This document shows positions 49,621 to 58,519 of a stretch of 64,000 nt of DNA, piece by piece. The stretch is taken from the NCBI GenBank assembly GCA_013141455.1, contig JABFQW010000030.1, forward strand, positions 1,677 through 65,676, read 5' to 3'. The position numbers were made by a program, and so were the translations under genes. A model generated the notes under the pieces. It did no database searches and was not told where the DNA came from. It saw only the letters and a program-made list of their open reading frames with translations. This DNA comes from Bacteroidales bacterium. GTDB lineage: Bacteria; Bacteroidota; Bacteroidia; Bacteroidales; F082. Each line of letters opens with the position of its first letter. Position 1 is the stretch's first letter.

Positions 49621-52602
49621 ATGAATCAGGTTCAGAAAAATGCTTTGTTTCAATACTTAGAGATAACTCCGCTGCCAACGATCATTACTGATTTTTCAGG
49701 TAAAATTACCATGATCAACAAAGCTGCCGGATCGTTGTGTGGATTGGCAAAGGATGAGGCTCCGGGTAAACAAATGCTTTTATTTTTCACACCACCTGAT
49801 AATGCTTACAACGAAGAAACAGTTTTAAAGCAACTTCTTGATAAACAAATTGTTTCGTCAGAGTTTTTGTGTAAAACAAAGGAAGGAATCAACCGTCATG
49901 TCTTAGTGAGCAGGGCAGTATTCCGTATTGGTGATGATGAGGAGTATTCAGGTATTATTTGTAATCTGACATGGCTTAACGACGAAAAAATAACAGAATC
50001 TCAGGCACAGGCTGAGGCAAATTACCTGGGAGTAATCGACAATCTGAACGATGCTGTTTTTATACAGGATAGAGACGGAATATTTCTTTTTACGAATAAT
50101 GCCGCATCTGAACTTTATGGATACACCAAAGAAGAGTTGACAGGCAAAACACCGCTCATGTTAAGCGGCGGGGACCAGAACGATTTCAAAGAGATTAACC
50201 GGAAAATAATAAAATGTTTCCATGGTGAAGCCCAATCACTCGAATTTTGGGGGTTGAAGAAATCGGGTGAACTTTTCCCAACCGAAGTAAGTCTAAGATC
50301 GGGGAATTATTTCGGTCAGAGAGTGGTTATCGCCATGGTTCATGACATTACCGCACGGAAAAATGCCGAATCAACACTCCGTCAAAGTGAAATAAAATAT
50401 AAAATGCTGCTCGACAATGCTTTCGATGCCATTTACTTAACAAAAGGTACACGTTTTCAGTATGTAAACAAGCGTTTTACCGAAATCACAGGTTTAACAA
50501 TGGAAGACATCTCGAAACCTGAATTTGATTTCTCAATAATACTTACACACAGCAGTCGGGTCATACTTGAAGACAGGACACAGAAACATCTTAAAGGTGA
50601 ACCACTCGAACCAACCTATATTTTTCAGGTAATCGATAAATCGAATATGATTCATGATGTTGAGATCAGTACCGTGAAGCTTGACTCAGGCGATGAATTG
50701 ACAATACTCGGCATCATGCGTGATGTAACGGCACAACTCGCAACCAATAAAGAGCTCGAATGGAAGAAAACGTATTTTGAAAATATATACGGTAGCGTGC
50801 CATACGGAATAGTGATTCTTGATGAAAAAGATCGTGTGGTTGATGCTAACTGCGTTTTTATCGAGATGTTTCAATGGACATTGGATGAATTGAAAGGAAA
50901 CCAGATAAACGATTTTATTGTTCCGGAATACCTGAAGCAGCAGGGAATGGAATTAACGAATAATGTTGCTATTGGTGAAAAGATTGATACCGAAACAGTT
51001 CGTCAGCGTAAAGATGGCAAGTTGATACATGTCAAAATTATTGGAAAACCAACCCGGTCACCCAATGGTGACATGCTGGTTTTTGGAATTTATCAGGATA
51101 TTTCGGAAAGGATTTCTTTTATTGAGGAAATTAAAAATCAAAAAAATTATTATGAGCAGCTCGTGCAACGTATCCCTTATGGTATTGCGCTTGTAGGTAA
51201 AAATAAAATCATTCAGGATTGCAATGAATGGTTTGCCAATCTTTTTGGTTATCAGAAAAGTGAGTTGATCAATATAGCAAACATCCAGCAGATAATACCC
51301 AAAAAACTTACATCCGAAGGCGTTGAACTCCGTAAAAAAGTTGAAGCAGGAGAGCGGGTTTACATAGAATCGATCAGACAGATGAAAGATGGCCGTTTGG
51401 TTGATGTTGCAATAACCGCCCAGTTACTCTATCGGCCCGATGGCAATCACTATCTTTTATCTGTATATCAGGATATTAGCGACAGGAAATCAGTTGAACG
51501 CGAATTGCAGTTCGAACGAAACCTTATGGAGGCACTTATGGCCAACATACCCGATACGATCTATTTTAAAGATAAGAAAAGCCGGTTCCTGCGTATCAAC
51601 CAATCACAGGCAAGGGCATTGGGTGTCGAAAAACCAGAAGATGCTATCGGTAAAACTGACCTTGATTTTTTCAATAGCGAGCTGGCAGTTAAATCGTTTG
51701 AAGACGAGCGCAAGATTTTTTATGAAGGCGACAGTTTAATAAATTCGCAGGAACATATCAAAACTGCAAACGGTTGGCGGTGGTTTACAGCCACGAAGGT
51801 TCCTATGGTCGATAGCACGGGTAAAATCATCGGTCTGGCAGGTGTATCGCGCGATATCACCGACATTAAAAACCTCGAGAATGCCCTGCTCGAAAGAGAA
51901 GAAAATTTAAAACAGCTGAATGCCGAAAAGGATAAACTTTTTACGATTATATCCCACGATTTACGGAGTCCGTTCAACTCTTTTCTTATGCTTACCGAAA
52001 TGCTGATGGACGATTCAATACCACTTGATGCGGACGAAACGAAAAAACTTACCGCATCGATGTATAAATCGGCAACCAATCTTTATGATCTTCTTGAGAA
52101 CCTGTTAAGTTGGTCGAGGTTGCAACGCGGTCTCACTGTTCCTGAGCCGTCACCTGTTCAACTTGCTGATACGGTTGACGCCTGCCTCGAAAGTTTTACC
52201 ACTGGTATCAACCGTAAAATGCTTAAGGTTACAAACAACATACCTGCTGAACTGAAAGTGATGGCCGATCCAAATTTAATTGGTTCCATCCTTCGAAACC
52301 TTATCTCAAATGCGATTAAATTTACACCACTCAAAGGTACTTTAACCATCGCATCAAACGAAACAACTGATAATGAAGTTATTATTTCAGTCACAGATAC
52401 TGGTATTGGCATGAGTCCCGATTTGATGAAGAAATTGTTCAGTATCGAAATAAAAGGCCGGAAAGGAACTGATGGCGAACCAAGTTCGGGTCTGGGTTTG
52501 ATTTTAGTCAAAGATTTTGTCGAAAAACATGGTGGTCAACTCAATGTTGAAAGTGCCGAAAATATGGGTAGTACCTTTAGTTTTAATCTGAAAAAGGTCT
52601 GA
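49621..52602 (+). CDS. Multi-PAS sensor histidine kinase with no receiver domain
   Basis: About seven PAS/PAC modules (HDITARKNAE, RDVTAQ, QDISERISF, QDISDRKSVE, RDITDIKNLE). H-box FTIISHDLRSPFNS. N/G boxes NLISNAIKFT, DTGIGMS and GLGLILVKDFV. Confidence 0.93.
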   Translation: MNQVQKNALFQYLEITPLPTIITDFSGKITMINKAAGSLCGLAKDEAPGKQMLLFFTPPDNAYNEETVLKQLLDKQIVSSEFLCKTKEGINRHVLVSRAVFRIGDDEEYSGIICNLTWLNDEKITESQAQAEANYLGVIDNLNDAVFIQDRDGIFLFTNNAASELYGYTKEELTGKTPLMLSGGDQNDFKEINRKIIKCFHGEAQSLEFWGLKKSGELFPTEVSLRSGNYFGQRVVIAMVHDITARKNAESTLRQSEIKYKMLLDNAFDAIYLTKGTRFQYVNKRFTEITGLTMEDISKPEFDFSIILTHSSRVILEDRTQKHLKGEPLEPTYIFQVIDKSNMIHDVEISTVKLDSGDELTILGIMRDVTAQLATNKELEWKKTYFENIYGSVPYGIVILDEKDRVVDANCVFIEMFQWTLDELKGNQINDFIVPEYLKQQGMELTNNVAIGEKIDTETVRQRKDGKLIHVKIIGKPTRSPNGDMLVFGIYQDISERISFIEEIKNQKNYYEQLVQRIPYGIALVGKNKIIQDCNEWFANLFGYQKSELINIANIQQIIPKKLTSEGVELRKKVEAGERVYIESIRQMKDGRLVDVAITAQLLYRPDGNHYLLSVYQDISDRKSVERELQFERNLMEALMANIPDTIYFKDKKSRFLRINQSQARALGVEKPEDAIGKTDLDFFNSELAVKSFEDERKIFYEGDSLINSQEHIKTANGWRWFTATKVPMVDSTGKIIGLAGVSRDITDIKNLENALLEREENLKQLNAEKDKLFTIISHDLRSPFNSFLMLTEMLMDDSIPLDADETKKLTASMYKSATNLYDLLENLLSWSRLQRGLTVPEPSPVQLADTVDACLESFTTGINRKMLKVTNNIPAELKVMADPNLIGSILRNLISNAIKFTPLKGTLTIASNETTDNEVIISVTDTGIGMSPDLMKKLFSIEIKGRKGTDGEPSSGLGLILVKDFVEKHGGQLNVESAENMGSTFSFNLKKV

Positions 52603-52732
52603 GTGAATCACCGGTAGCTTTTGGATGAGTGATTCAGGAGAAACTGGAGGTAAACCGGTGTTTTTTTTATTTAAGATGAAAGTCTGGTCAACGGCATATA
52701 ATTCATTAATTTTGAACACGCATCAACCGGAC

Positions 52733-55159
52733 ATGAATAAATTTGCATTCCTACTTTTATTTGTTTTTTTGTCGTTAATAGGACAAAACCAGGAAAGATT
52801 TCAGGGTGTGGTTCTGGATGCGGGCACACGCGAAGGCCTGAGCAATGTTGTCATTCAATCTTCAATTACCGGTTTAACCACAATGTCGGATGTATCAGGT
52901 CTTTTCACGATCAGTGTAAATCCGGCCATTCAAAATCAGGATACAAGCAAAAGTTTGTTTTCAGTGATTAACAATTCGCTTATCTGGGATGTAAAGGAGG
53001 CGGTAACCATTCATCTGTATTCGTTAAATGGCGCCGAACTTTTCAACGCGTCGTTGCCTAACTCGGGGAGATTTCATCTGCCTGTACCTATTGCCGGATA
53101 TTATTTATTGTATATCTATTCGACAAGTCAGCCGATTAAGTTTTTTTTGTTTTCTGATGCGACAAATCTGCACCTTATCAGGCCAAGGACTTTTCCAGAA
53201 CCTACTCCTGTCTTCGACAGCAGTTTGTATTTCTATAAACCCGGCTACTTTACCCGGGAGGTTCTCCTGAATGAAACGGAAGGTCAGTTTCGGGTTAATC
53301 TTCTGAAAAAAGAATATGATGATTTAGACTATTTCAACGAATTGTTGCGGCATGAAGCCTTTTATATGCTCCATAGCAGTCCGCCAACTTCGAATTATGG
53401 CGAAATACAGTCGATAAAGGCATTTTACGATTTTGTGGAAGATGAGATTTATTATTCCAACCTGAAGAAATACCCCAGTCACTTCAGTTTTGCTGAGAGT
53501 GTTTTGAAATACCCATACGGATCCACAAACTTTTTCTGGACACAATATAATATCAGTCCATGGAGGTTTTTAAATTTGGTCACAATCAACTATCACGAAC
53601 GAATTGACAAATATGTGTTTGAATTCGACTCCTGGGACAGGGTTGACTGCGATGGCATAAAGGCAACTTATGATAAAATAATGGAGACGTCGTTTTTTAA
53701 GGATAAACTGTATTTTTATGCTAATAATTTACAATGGAAAGATTGCCAGGGAGTTCCGGTAATCAGTGCGGAAGAATTGTATTTGGGTCAAAATTATCAG
53801 GCGCTAAATCCTGAAGAGAATTATGGCTTCCTGAGAAAAGTTGACATAAACGAATTGAACGACGCCGGCTTAAGCCGGCACGATCTGATCCTTTTAAATG
53901 GAATTCCGAATGATGTGCCTGTGGTATCGGGTATTATAACAACCGAATTTCAAACTGCACTGAGCCATATTAATATCCTGAGCCATAACCGGCATACCCC
54001 AAATATGGTATTGAAAGATGGCTGGACGAATCCGAAATTAGACTCACTAACAGGTGAACTTGTTTATTTGAAAGTGGAAAGCGATTCATTTTATATCAGA
54101 AAAGCAAATATCGTGGAGGCTACGGCGTTTTGGGACGAAAGAGAGCCACGTACACCGGTTATTCTTGAAAAAGATGTAATGACTTCGGGTTTGGTAGAAC
54201 TCCAGGATGAGGACATTTTTTCGGTTAAGACCATTGGAGGGAAGGCTGCAAATTTTGCTGAATTAGTGAAATTAGATAGTATTCCATTGCCTGAAAATTA
54301 CTTTGCCATTCCATTTTATTATTATCAGCAGCATATTATCAGTCATGGAATTGATACGATAATCCGAAATATGCTGAACGACGATACCTTCGTTTCGAAT
54401 GCGGAATATCGTAAAGTCAAACTTGAAGAACTCAGAGATATTATTGTTGATTCGCCTCTTGATGCTGAATTATCAACTGCTGTGTTGAATAGAATCAATT
54501 ATTTCGAGGAATTCAACGCCTACAAATTCAGGTCATCGACCAATGCTGAAGACCTGGAAGGATTTAGTGGCGCTGGTTTGTACGATTCATACGCGGCCAA
54601 AAAAGGCGATGCAGGCAAAACGGTAGATAGAGCGATTAAAAAAGTGTGGGCCAGCTTATGGAATTCGCGTGCATTTGATGAACGTGAGTATTATAAGATC
54701 GACCAAAACTCAGTTGCAATGGGGATACTCGTTCATCGGTCGTTTACCGATGAAGATGCCAATGGGGTGATCATCACACGAAATCTGTATAACGATAACC
54801 ATGGTTACACCATCAATACGCAATATAAAGAGTACAGCATCGTGTACCCGGAACCCGGTATAATGCACGATCAAATAATCACTTACACCATAAATCTCGA
54901 AAATTTGCGTTATACGATCGAATATTTATCGAAATCGAATATCCCTGACCTGGATGGAAAAACTGTGCTCACTGATGATGAATTGATCAGGATAGCCGAC
55001 TATTGTACGGCCATTAAACAACACTATTACAATAATATACAGCGGAATTGCCATTGCGATTATTCTGACTTCGCGGTGGATATTGAGTTTAAGGTAGATT
55101 CGCAGGTTGAGGATCGCAAAATTTATATAAAGCAGGCACGTATTTTTGAAACTGAATAA
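52733..55159 (+). CDS. PEP-utilizing / PPDK_N-type ATP-grasp protein with an N-terminal signal or anchor, a CarboxypepD_reg-like domain and an upstream His-swivel-like segment
   Basis: MNKFAFLLLFVFLSLIGQ, then FQGVVLDAGTREGLSNVVIQS (carboxypeptidase-regulatory-like). GIITTEFQTALSHINILSHNRHTPNMVL resembles the phospho-His mobile domain. The C-terminal part has PPDK_N motifs IGGKAANFAELVKL, FRSSTNAEDLEGFSGAGLYDSY and VWASLWNSRAFDEREYY. The track ORF starts at 52625, but the ATG at 52733 is preferred. Confidence 0.72.
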   Translation: MNKFAFLLLFVFLSLIGQNQERFQGVVLDAGTREGLSNVVIQSSITGLTTMSDVSGLFTISVNPAIQNQDTSKSLFSVINNSLIWDVKEAVTIHLYSLNGAELFNASLPNSGRFHLPVPIAGYYLLYIYSTSQPIKFFLFSDATNLHLIRPRTFPEPTPVFDSSLYFYKPGYFTREVLLNETEGQFRVNLLKKEYDDLDYFNELLRHEAFYMLHSSPPTSNYGEIQSIKAFYDFVEDEIYYSNLKKYPSHFSFAESVLKYPYGSTNFFWTQYNISPWRFLNLVTINYHERIDKYVFEFDSWDRVDCDGIKATYDKIMETSFFKDKLYFYANNLQWKDCQGVPVISAEELYLGQNYQALNPEENYGFLRKVDINELNDAGLSRHDLILLNGIPNDVPVVSGIITTEFQTALSHINILSHNRHTPNMVLKDGWTNPKLDSLTGELVYLKVESDSFYIRKANIVEATAFWDEREPRTPVILEKDVMTSGLVELQDEDIFSVKTIGGKAANFAELVKLDSIPLPENYFAIPFYYYQQHIISHGIDTIIRNMLNDDTFVSNAEYRKVKLEELRDIIVDSPLDAELSTAVLNRINYFEEFNAYKFRSSTNAEDLEGFSGAGLYDSYAAKKGDAGKTVDRAIKKVWASLWNSRAFDEREYYKIDQNSVAMGILVHRSFTDEDANGVIITRNLYNDNHGYTINTQYKEYSIVYPEPGIMHDQIITYTINLENLRYTIEYLSKSNIPDLDGKTVLTDDELIRIADYCTAIKQHYYNNIQRNCHCDYSDFAVDIEFKVDSQVEDRKIYIKQARIFETE

Positions 55160-55197
55160 TTAACGAGGTTAATGTATAAATGTAAAATTTGAGTATT

Positions 55198-55587
55198 ATG
55201 AAGAAAATCGATCAAAGATTACCGGTAATATTGGTTACTGAGGATGATATTTCAAATTTTCACATGATGGAGGTGATGATTAATCAATATGTGAAAGCCA
55301 CCATAATCTGGGCAAGAAATGGAGTAGAGGCCATAGAAATTTGTACAGAAAATCCTGATATCGATCTTGTATTGATGGATATTAAACTGCCATTGCTGAA
55401 TGGGATGGACGCTACGAGGGCGATAAAGAAAATCAGGCCTTCGCTTCCGATAATTGCAATTACAGCCTATGCGCTGATTGGTGATGAACGGAAGGTGAGG
55501 GATGCGGGTTGTGACGATTATCTGCCGAAACCGATCCGGCTCCCGCAATTCTTAAAAGCTTTGGGTAAATATATTCCGATACTTTAA
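55198..55587 (+). CDS. Stand-alone response-regulator receiver domain protein
   Basis: ILVTEDDISN, phospho-acceptor LMDIKLPLLNG, ITAYA and the YLPKP lysine motif. No output domain. Confidence 0.9.
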   Translation: MKKIDQRLPVILVTEDDISNFHMMEVMINQYVKATIIWARNGVEAIEICTENPDIDLVLMDIKLPLLNGMDATRAIKKIRPSLPIIAITAYALIGDERKVRDAGCDDYLPKPIRLPQFLKALGKYIPIL

Positions 55588-55619
55588 CCCGAAATGCGTG
55601 TGCGTGAATTTCAGCATGA

Positions 55620-56444
55620 TCAATCCTGCGCTTCGTCTTCCTTTAAGAATTCGCTAAAAAGTGTAATCATGTTTTTTTCTGCTTTCGCTGCATTTTCAAT
55701 AAAATAGTCAAGTGTCACAGGATGCAGATGATCAGGATCACACAAATCTGTAATTACCGAAATCCCGGCAACAGGCAGACGCATGTGGTTTGCCACGATC
55801 ACTTCGGGTACTGTTGACATGCCCACCACATCAGCCCCCGCCAACCGAAGAAAACGATATTCTGCTCTTGTTTCGAGGCTTGGCCCGATCCAGGCTGCAT
55901 ACACTCCTACGTGAAGCCTTATGCCATTCTTCTCTGCAATATTTTTCAATCTATCGTTCATTCTACGATCATAAGGTTGGCTCATATCGGGAAACCGTAC
56001 ACCCAACTCCCTGATATTAGGACCGACCAACGGATTGGTTGGTAAAAAATTGATGTGATCGTCGATGAGCATCATCGCGGCAGCTTCGAAATCGGGATTC
56101 AACGCCCCACAGGCGTTTGAAACCAATAACTGCTTTATTCCCATAACTTTCATCACCCTCACAGGGAAAGTGATTTGTTCCATCGAATAGCCTTCATAAA
56201 AATGAAAACGACCCTGCATCAAAACTACCCTTTCGTTAAAAATTTTGCCAACAATGAGTTTGCCACGATGCGATTCAACGGTTGAGTTTACAAAATGAGG
56301 AATATCAGCATAATCGATCTCCTGTTCTATATCAACCATATCAACCATGCCATTTAATCCTGTTCCCAGAATGATACCCGTCATAGGCTGTTTAACACCA
56401 CGGCTATGAATATAATCCACAGCCTCCTGAATCTTCTGCATCAT
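55620..56444 (-). CDS. Purine nucleoside phosphorylase (trimeric PNP/MTAP family)
   Basis: ILGTGLNG, GRFHFYEGY, LVSNACGALN and VGMSTVPEVIVA are the family signature blocks. Confidence 0.92.
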   Translation of the reverse strand: MMQKIQEAVDYIHSRGVKQPMTGIILGTGLNGMVDMVDIEQEIDYADIPHFVNSTVESHRGKLIVGKIFNERVVLMQGRFHFYEGYSMEQITFPVRVMKVMGIKQLLVSNACGALNPDFEAAAMMLIDDHINFLPTNPLVGPNIRELGVRFPDMSQPYDRRMNDRLKNIAEKNGIRLHVGVYAAWIGPSLETRAEYRFLRLAGADVVGMSTVPEVIVANHMRLPVAGISVITDLCDPDHLHPVTLDYFIENAAKAEKNMITLFSEFLKEDEAQD

Positions 56445-56552
56445 ATCGCTAATTTTCTTACGAAATTATATAAATTTAGCCTGATAATCAATAATCGTAG
56501 CCCTTTAAACTTTTACCGAAATTGATTGTTACAGATAGTAAACAATTCGAAA

Positions 56553-57077
56553 ATGAAGAAATCGATTTGCATTGTGGTTGCATTATTTCTGGTTTTTGGC
56601 TTAACAAAAAATGCAAAGTCGCAGGAAACCATTAAACGTACTGAAAAAAAGGATTATCATATACCCGAAGGCATGATACACAAAATTGAAAAAACTGATG
56701 CCGAATGGCGCAAAGAGCTTGGTGATGAACAGTTTAAAATATTGCGCCAGTGCAGTACAGAACCACCTTTTACAGGGAAGTATTATAAACACAAAGAAAA
56801 TGGCGTTTATATATGTGCCGGTTGCGGACAGGAATTATTCGATTCAAAAACAAAATATGAATCTGGTTCTGGTTGGCCTAGTTTTTTTGCGGTGGTTGAC
56901 AAATCAAAAATTACGCAAATTGTTGATACAGCCTATGGTATGGTACGAACCGAAATTAAATGTTCGAAATGTGATGGTCATTTGGGTCATGTTTTCACCG
57001 ATGGACCAGAACCAACCGGACTTCGTTATTGTGTAAATTCCGGAGCACTCGATTTTGTCGAGAAAATGAAAGAATAG
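56553..57077 (+). CDS. msrB: Peptide-methionine (R)-S-oxide reductase MsrB with a signal peptide
   Basis: CAGCGQELF and CSKCDGHLGHVF zinc and catalytic motifs, plus GSGWPSF. The N-terminal MKKSICIVVALFLVFG suggests export. The track ORF starts at TTG 56526. Confidence 0.92.
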   Translation: MKKSICIVVALFLVFGLTKNAKSQETIKRTEKKDYHIPEGMIHKIEKTDAEWRKELGDEQFKILRQCSTEPPFTGKYYKHKENGVYICAGCGQELFDSKTKYESGSGWPSFFAVVDKSKITQIVDTAYGMVRTEIKCSKCDGHLGHVFTDGPEPTGLRYCVNSGALDFVEKMKE

Positions 57078-57102
57078 TTAACTGTACTTTCTGATAAGAA
57101 TT

Positions 57103-58383
57103 TTATATGGTTTGAGACTGGTTTAACAGAATCTGACCTACCCTGCATTCGATACATCGTTTCTGATCGCAATAATGCGATTTTAAAAAAAGTAACGCCT
57201 GTGATTGCAGGGCGTTGTTAATCTGAACCCCAAATTCCGTATATTTTCTGATCGTTTGATTGTTCTCAGGTTCAATCGATTCGAGTATCATCAGCGCCTT
57301 ATCGGTCAACGATTCATTTTCGATATACTGACCGTAAAAAAAGAGCATCTGAACCACCGAGTTAATCAGTAACAGGTTTACGGCTTCATCACCCATTTGC
57401 TTTTTTCGGTTTTCGGCTTGTTTATCGAACTGGTAATGTATGTCCCAATAAGTTGATGCAGTTCCTCGAAAAATATCTGAAATTGCATCAACCGATTCTA
57501 CCTCAACTATTTTTGAAAAAAGCTGACCTTGTTCATGAATCAGTGATGCAAATTGCGCAATACGAATGGTCGGGAAATTAGCAGGACGAAGGCGCATGAA
57601 TCGCCAACTGCTTTCGTTCATGGGTTTGATTGGATATTTCTTTGCCAGAAAGCTGTATGTTTCACGAAGTTGATTCGGGTAACGATCATTGAATTCCTTT
57701 TCCAACATACCGGCTTGTCCGAAAAGCAGCGCTTCAATTTCATGCAGCTTGTCAGCATGGCGAAGCAGCAAGTTAATCGGGATTGAACGGGCAAGTTGCT
57801 CAAAAGCATTATCATTTACCTTGAACCCAAGGTTAATCATCAGTCTGCGATAAAATGTTTCTTCCCAATCGCTCTTCGAATCGATGAATAACTGCTTCAA
57901 TAAGTCAATTTTCATTTCGAGTTTTTCGACAATCAGGCGGTCGAGCCACGAAAGCCAGGTAAAATGCTGCACCGTTCCGACTTGTTTTTCGCAGGCTATC
58001 CAATGTTTGCTGTTGATGAAATCATGATAACGCAGAAATATATTTTCATCGAACATCCCTTTGATTTCAACCGTTGGAATTGGTTGATTTTCGGTGGTAA
58101 ATATTTTTTTATCTTCCTGATAAACAATGTGTAATATAACATTATCGAAGGCTTTATCGTGTTGGTGATTGTGTAATAACCAATCAGATGAAATTACATG
58201 AATTTCAACATTTCCAGCCCAGACTGTTGTCCCAATTTTGATCCTGGCATTTAAAAAATCAGGACCGGCATTGGAATTTCTGTATCCGGAATGTAGAATT
58301 TCGACAGGCTCCTGATCGGTGGAAATCAAATCCTTACGAAGTAATTTGTTTTCCCAGAGGTAATAAATAAATTCTTCTTTCAT
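57103..58383 (-). CDS. DUF2851 family protein
   Basis: The N-terminus KEEFIYYLWENKLL...GYRNSNAGPDFLNARIKIG...GNVEIHV is characteristic of DUF2851. Confidence 0.75.
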   Translation of the reverse strand: MKEEFIYYLWENKLLRKDLISTDQEPVEILHSGYRNSNAGPDFLNARIKIGTTVWAGNVEIHVISSDWLLHNHQHDKAFDNVILHIVYQEDKKIFTTENQPIPTVEIKGMFDENIFLRYHDFINSKHWIACEKQVGTVQHFTWLSWLDRLIVEKLEMKIDLLKQLFIDSKSDWEETFYRRLMINLGFKVNDNAFEQLARSIPINLLLRHADKLHEIEALLFGQAGMLEKEFNDRYPNQLRETYSFLAKKYPIKPMNESSWRFMRLRPANFPTIRIAQFASLIHEQGQLFSKIVEVESVDAISDIFRGTASTYWDIHYQFDKQAENRKKQMGDEAVNLLLINSVVQMLFFYGQYIENESLTDKALMILESIEPENNQTIRKYTEFGVQINNALQSQALLFLKSHYCDQKRCIECRVGQILLNQSQTI

Positions 58384-58453
58384 GTTGGTTGTTCATCAAA
58401 GATTAAGTATTATAAAGGTACTGAAATCACAAATCAAAATGATTAAAAAGTTC

Positions 58454-58487
58454 AAAAAAAAACCGGATAATCTTTCGAATATCCGGT
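58454..58487 (-). terminator. Intrinsic terminator downstream of the C25 peptidase gene
   Basis: On the minus strand, CCGGATA-ttcgaaagat-TATCCGG is followed by a run of nine T. Confidence 0.75.
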
Positions 58488-58519
58488 CTCTTTCTCTATG
58501 GAAGAAAATAATAATTATT

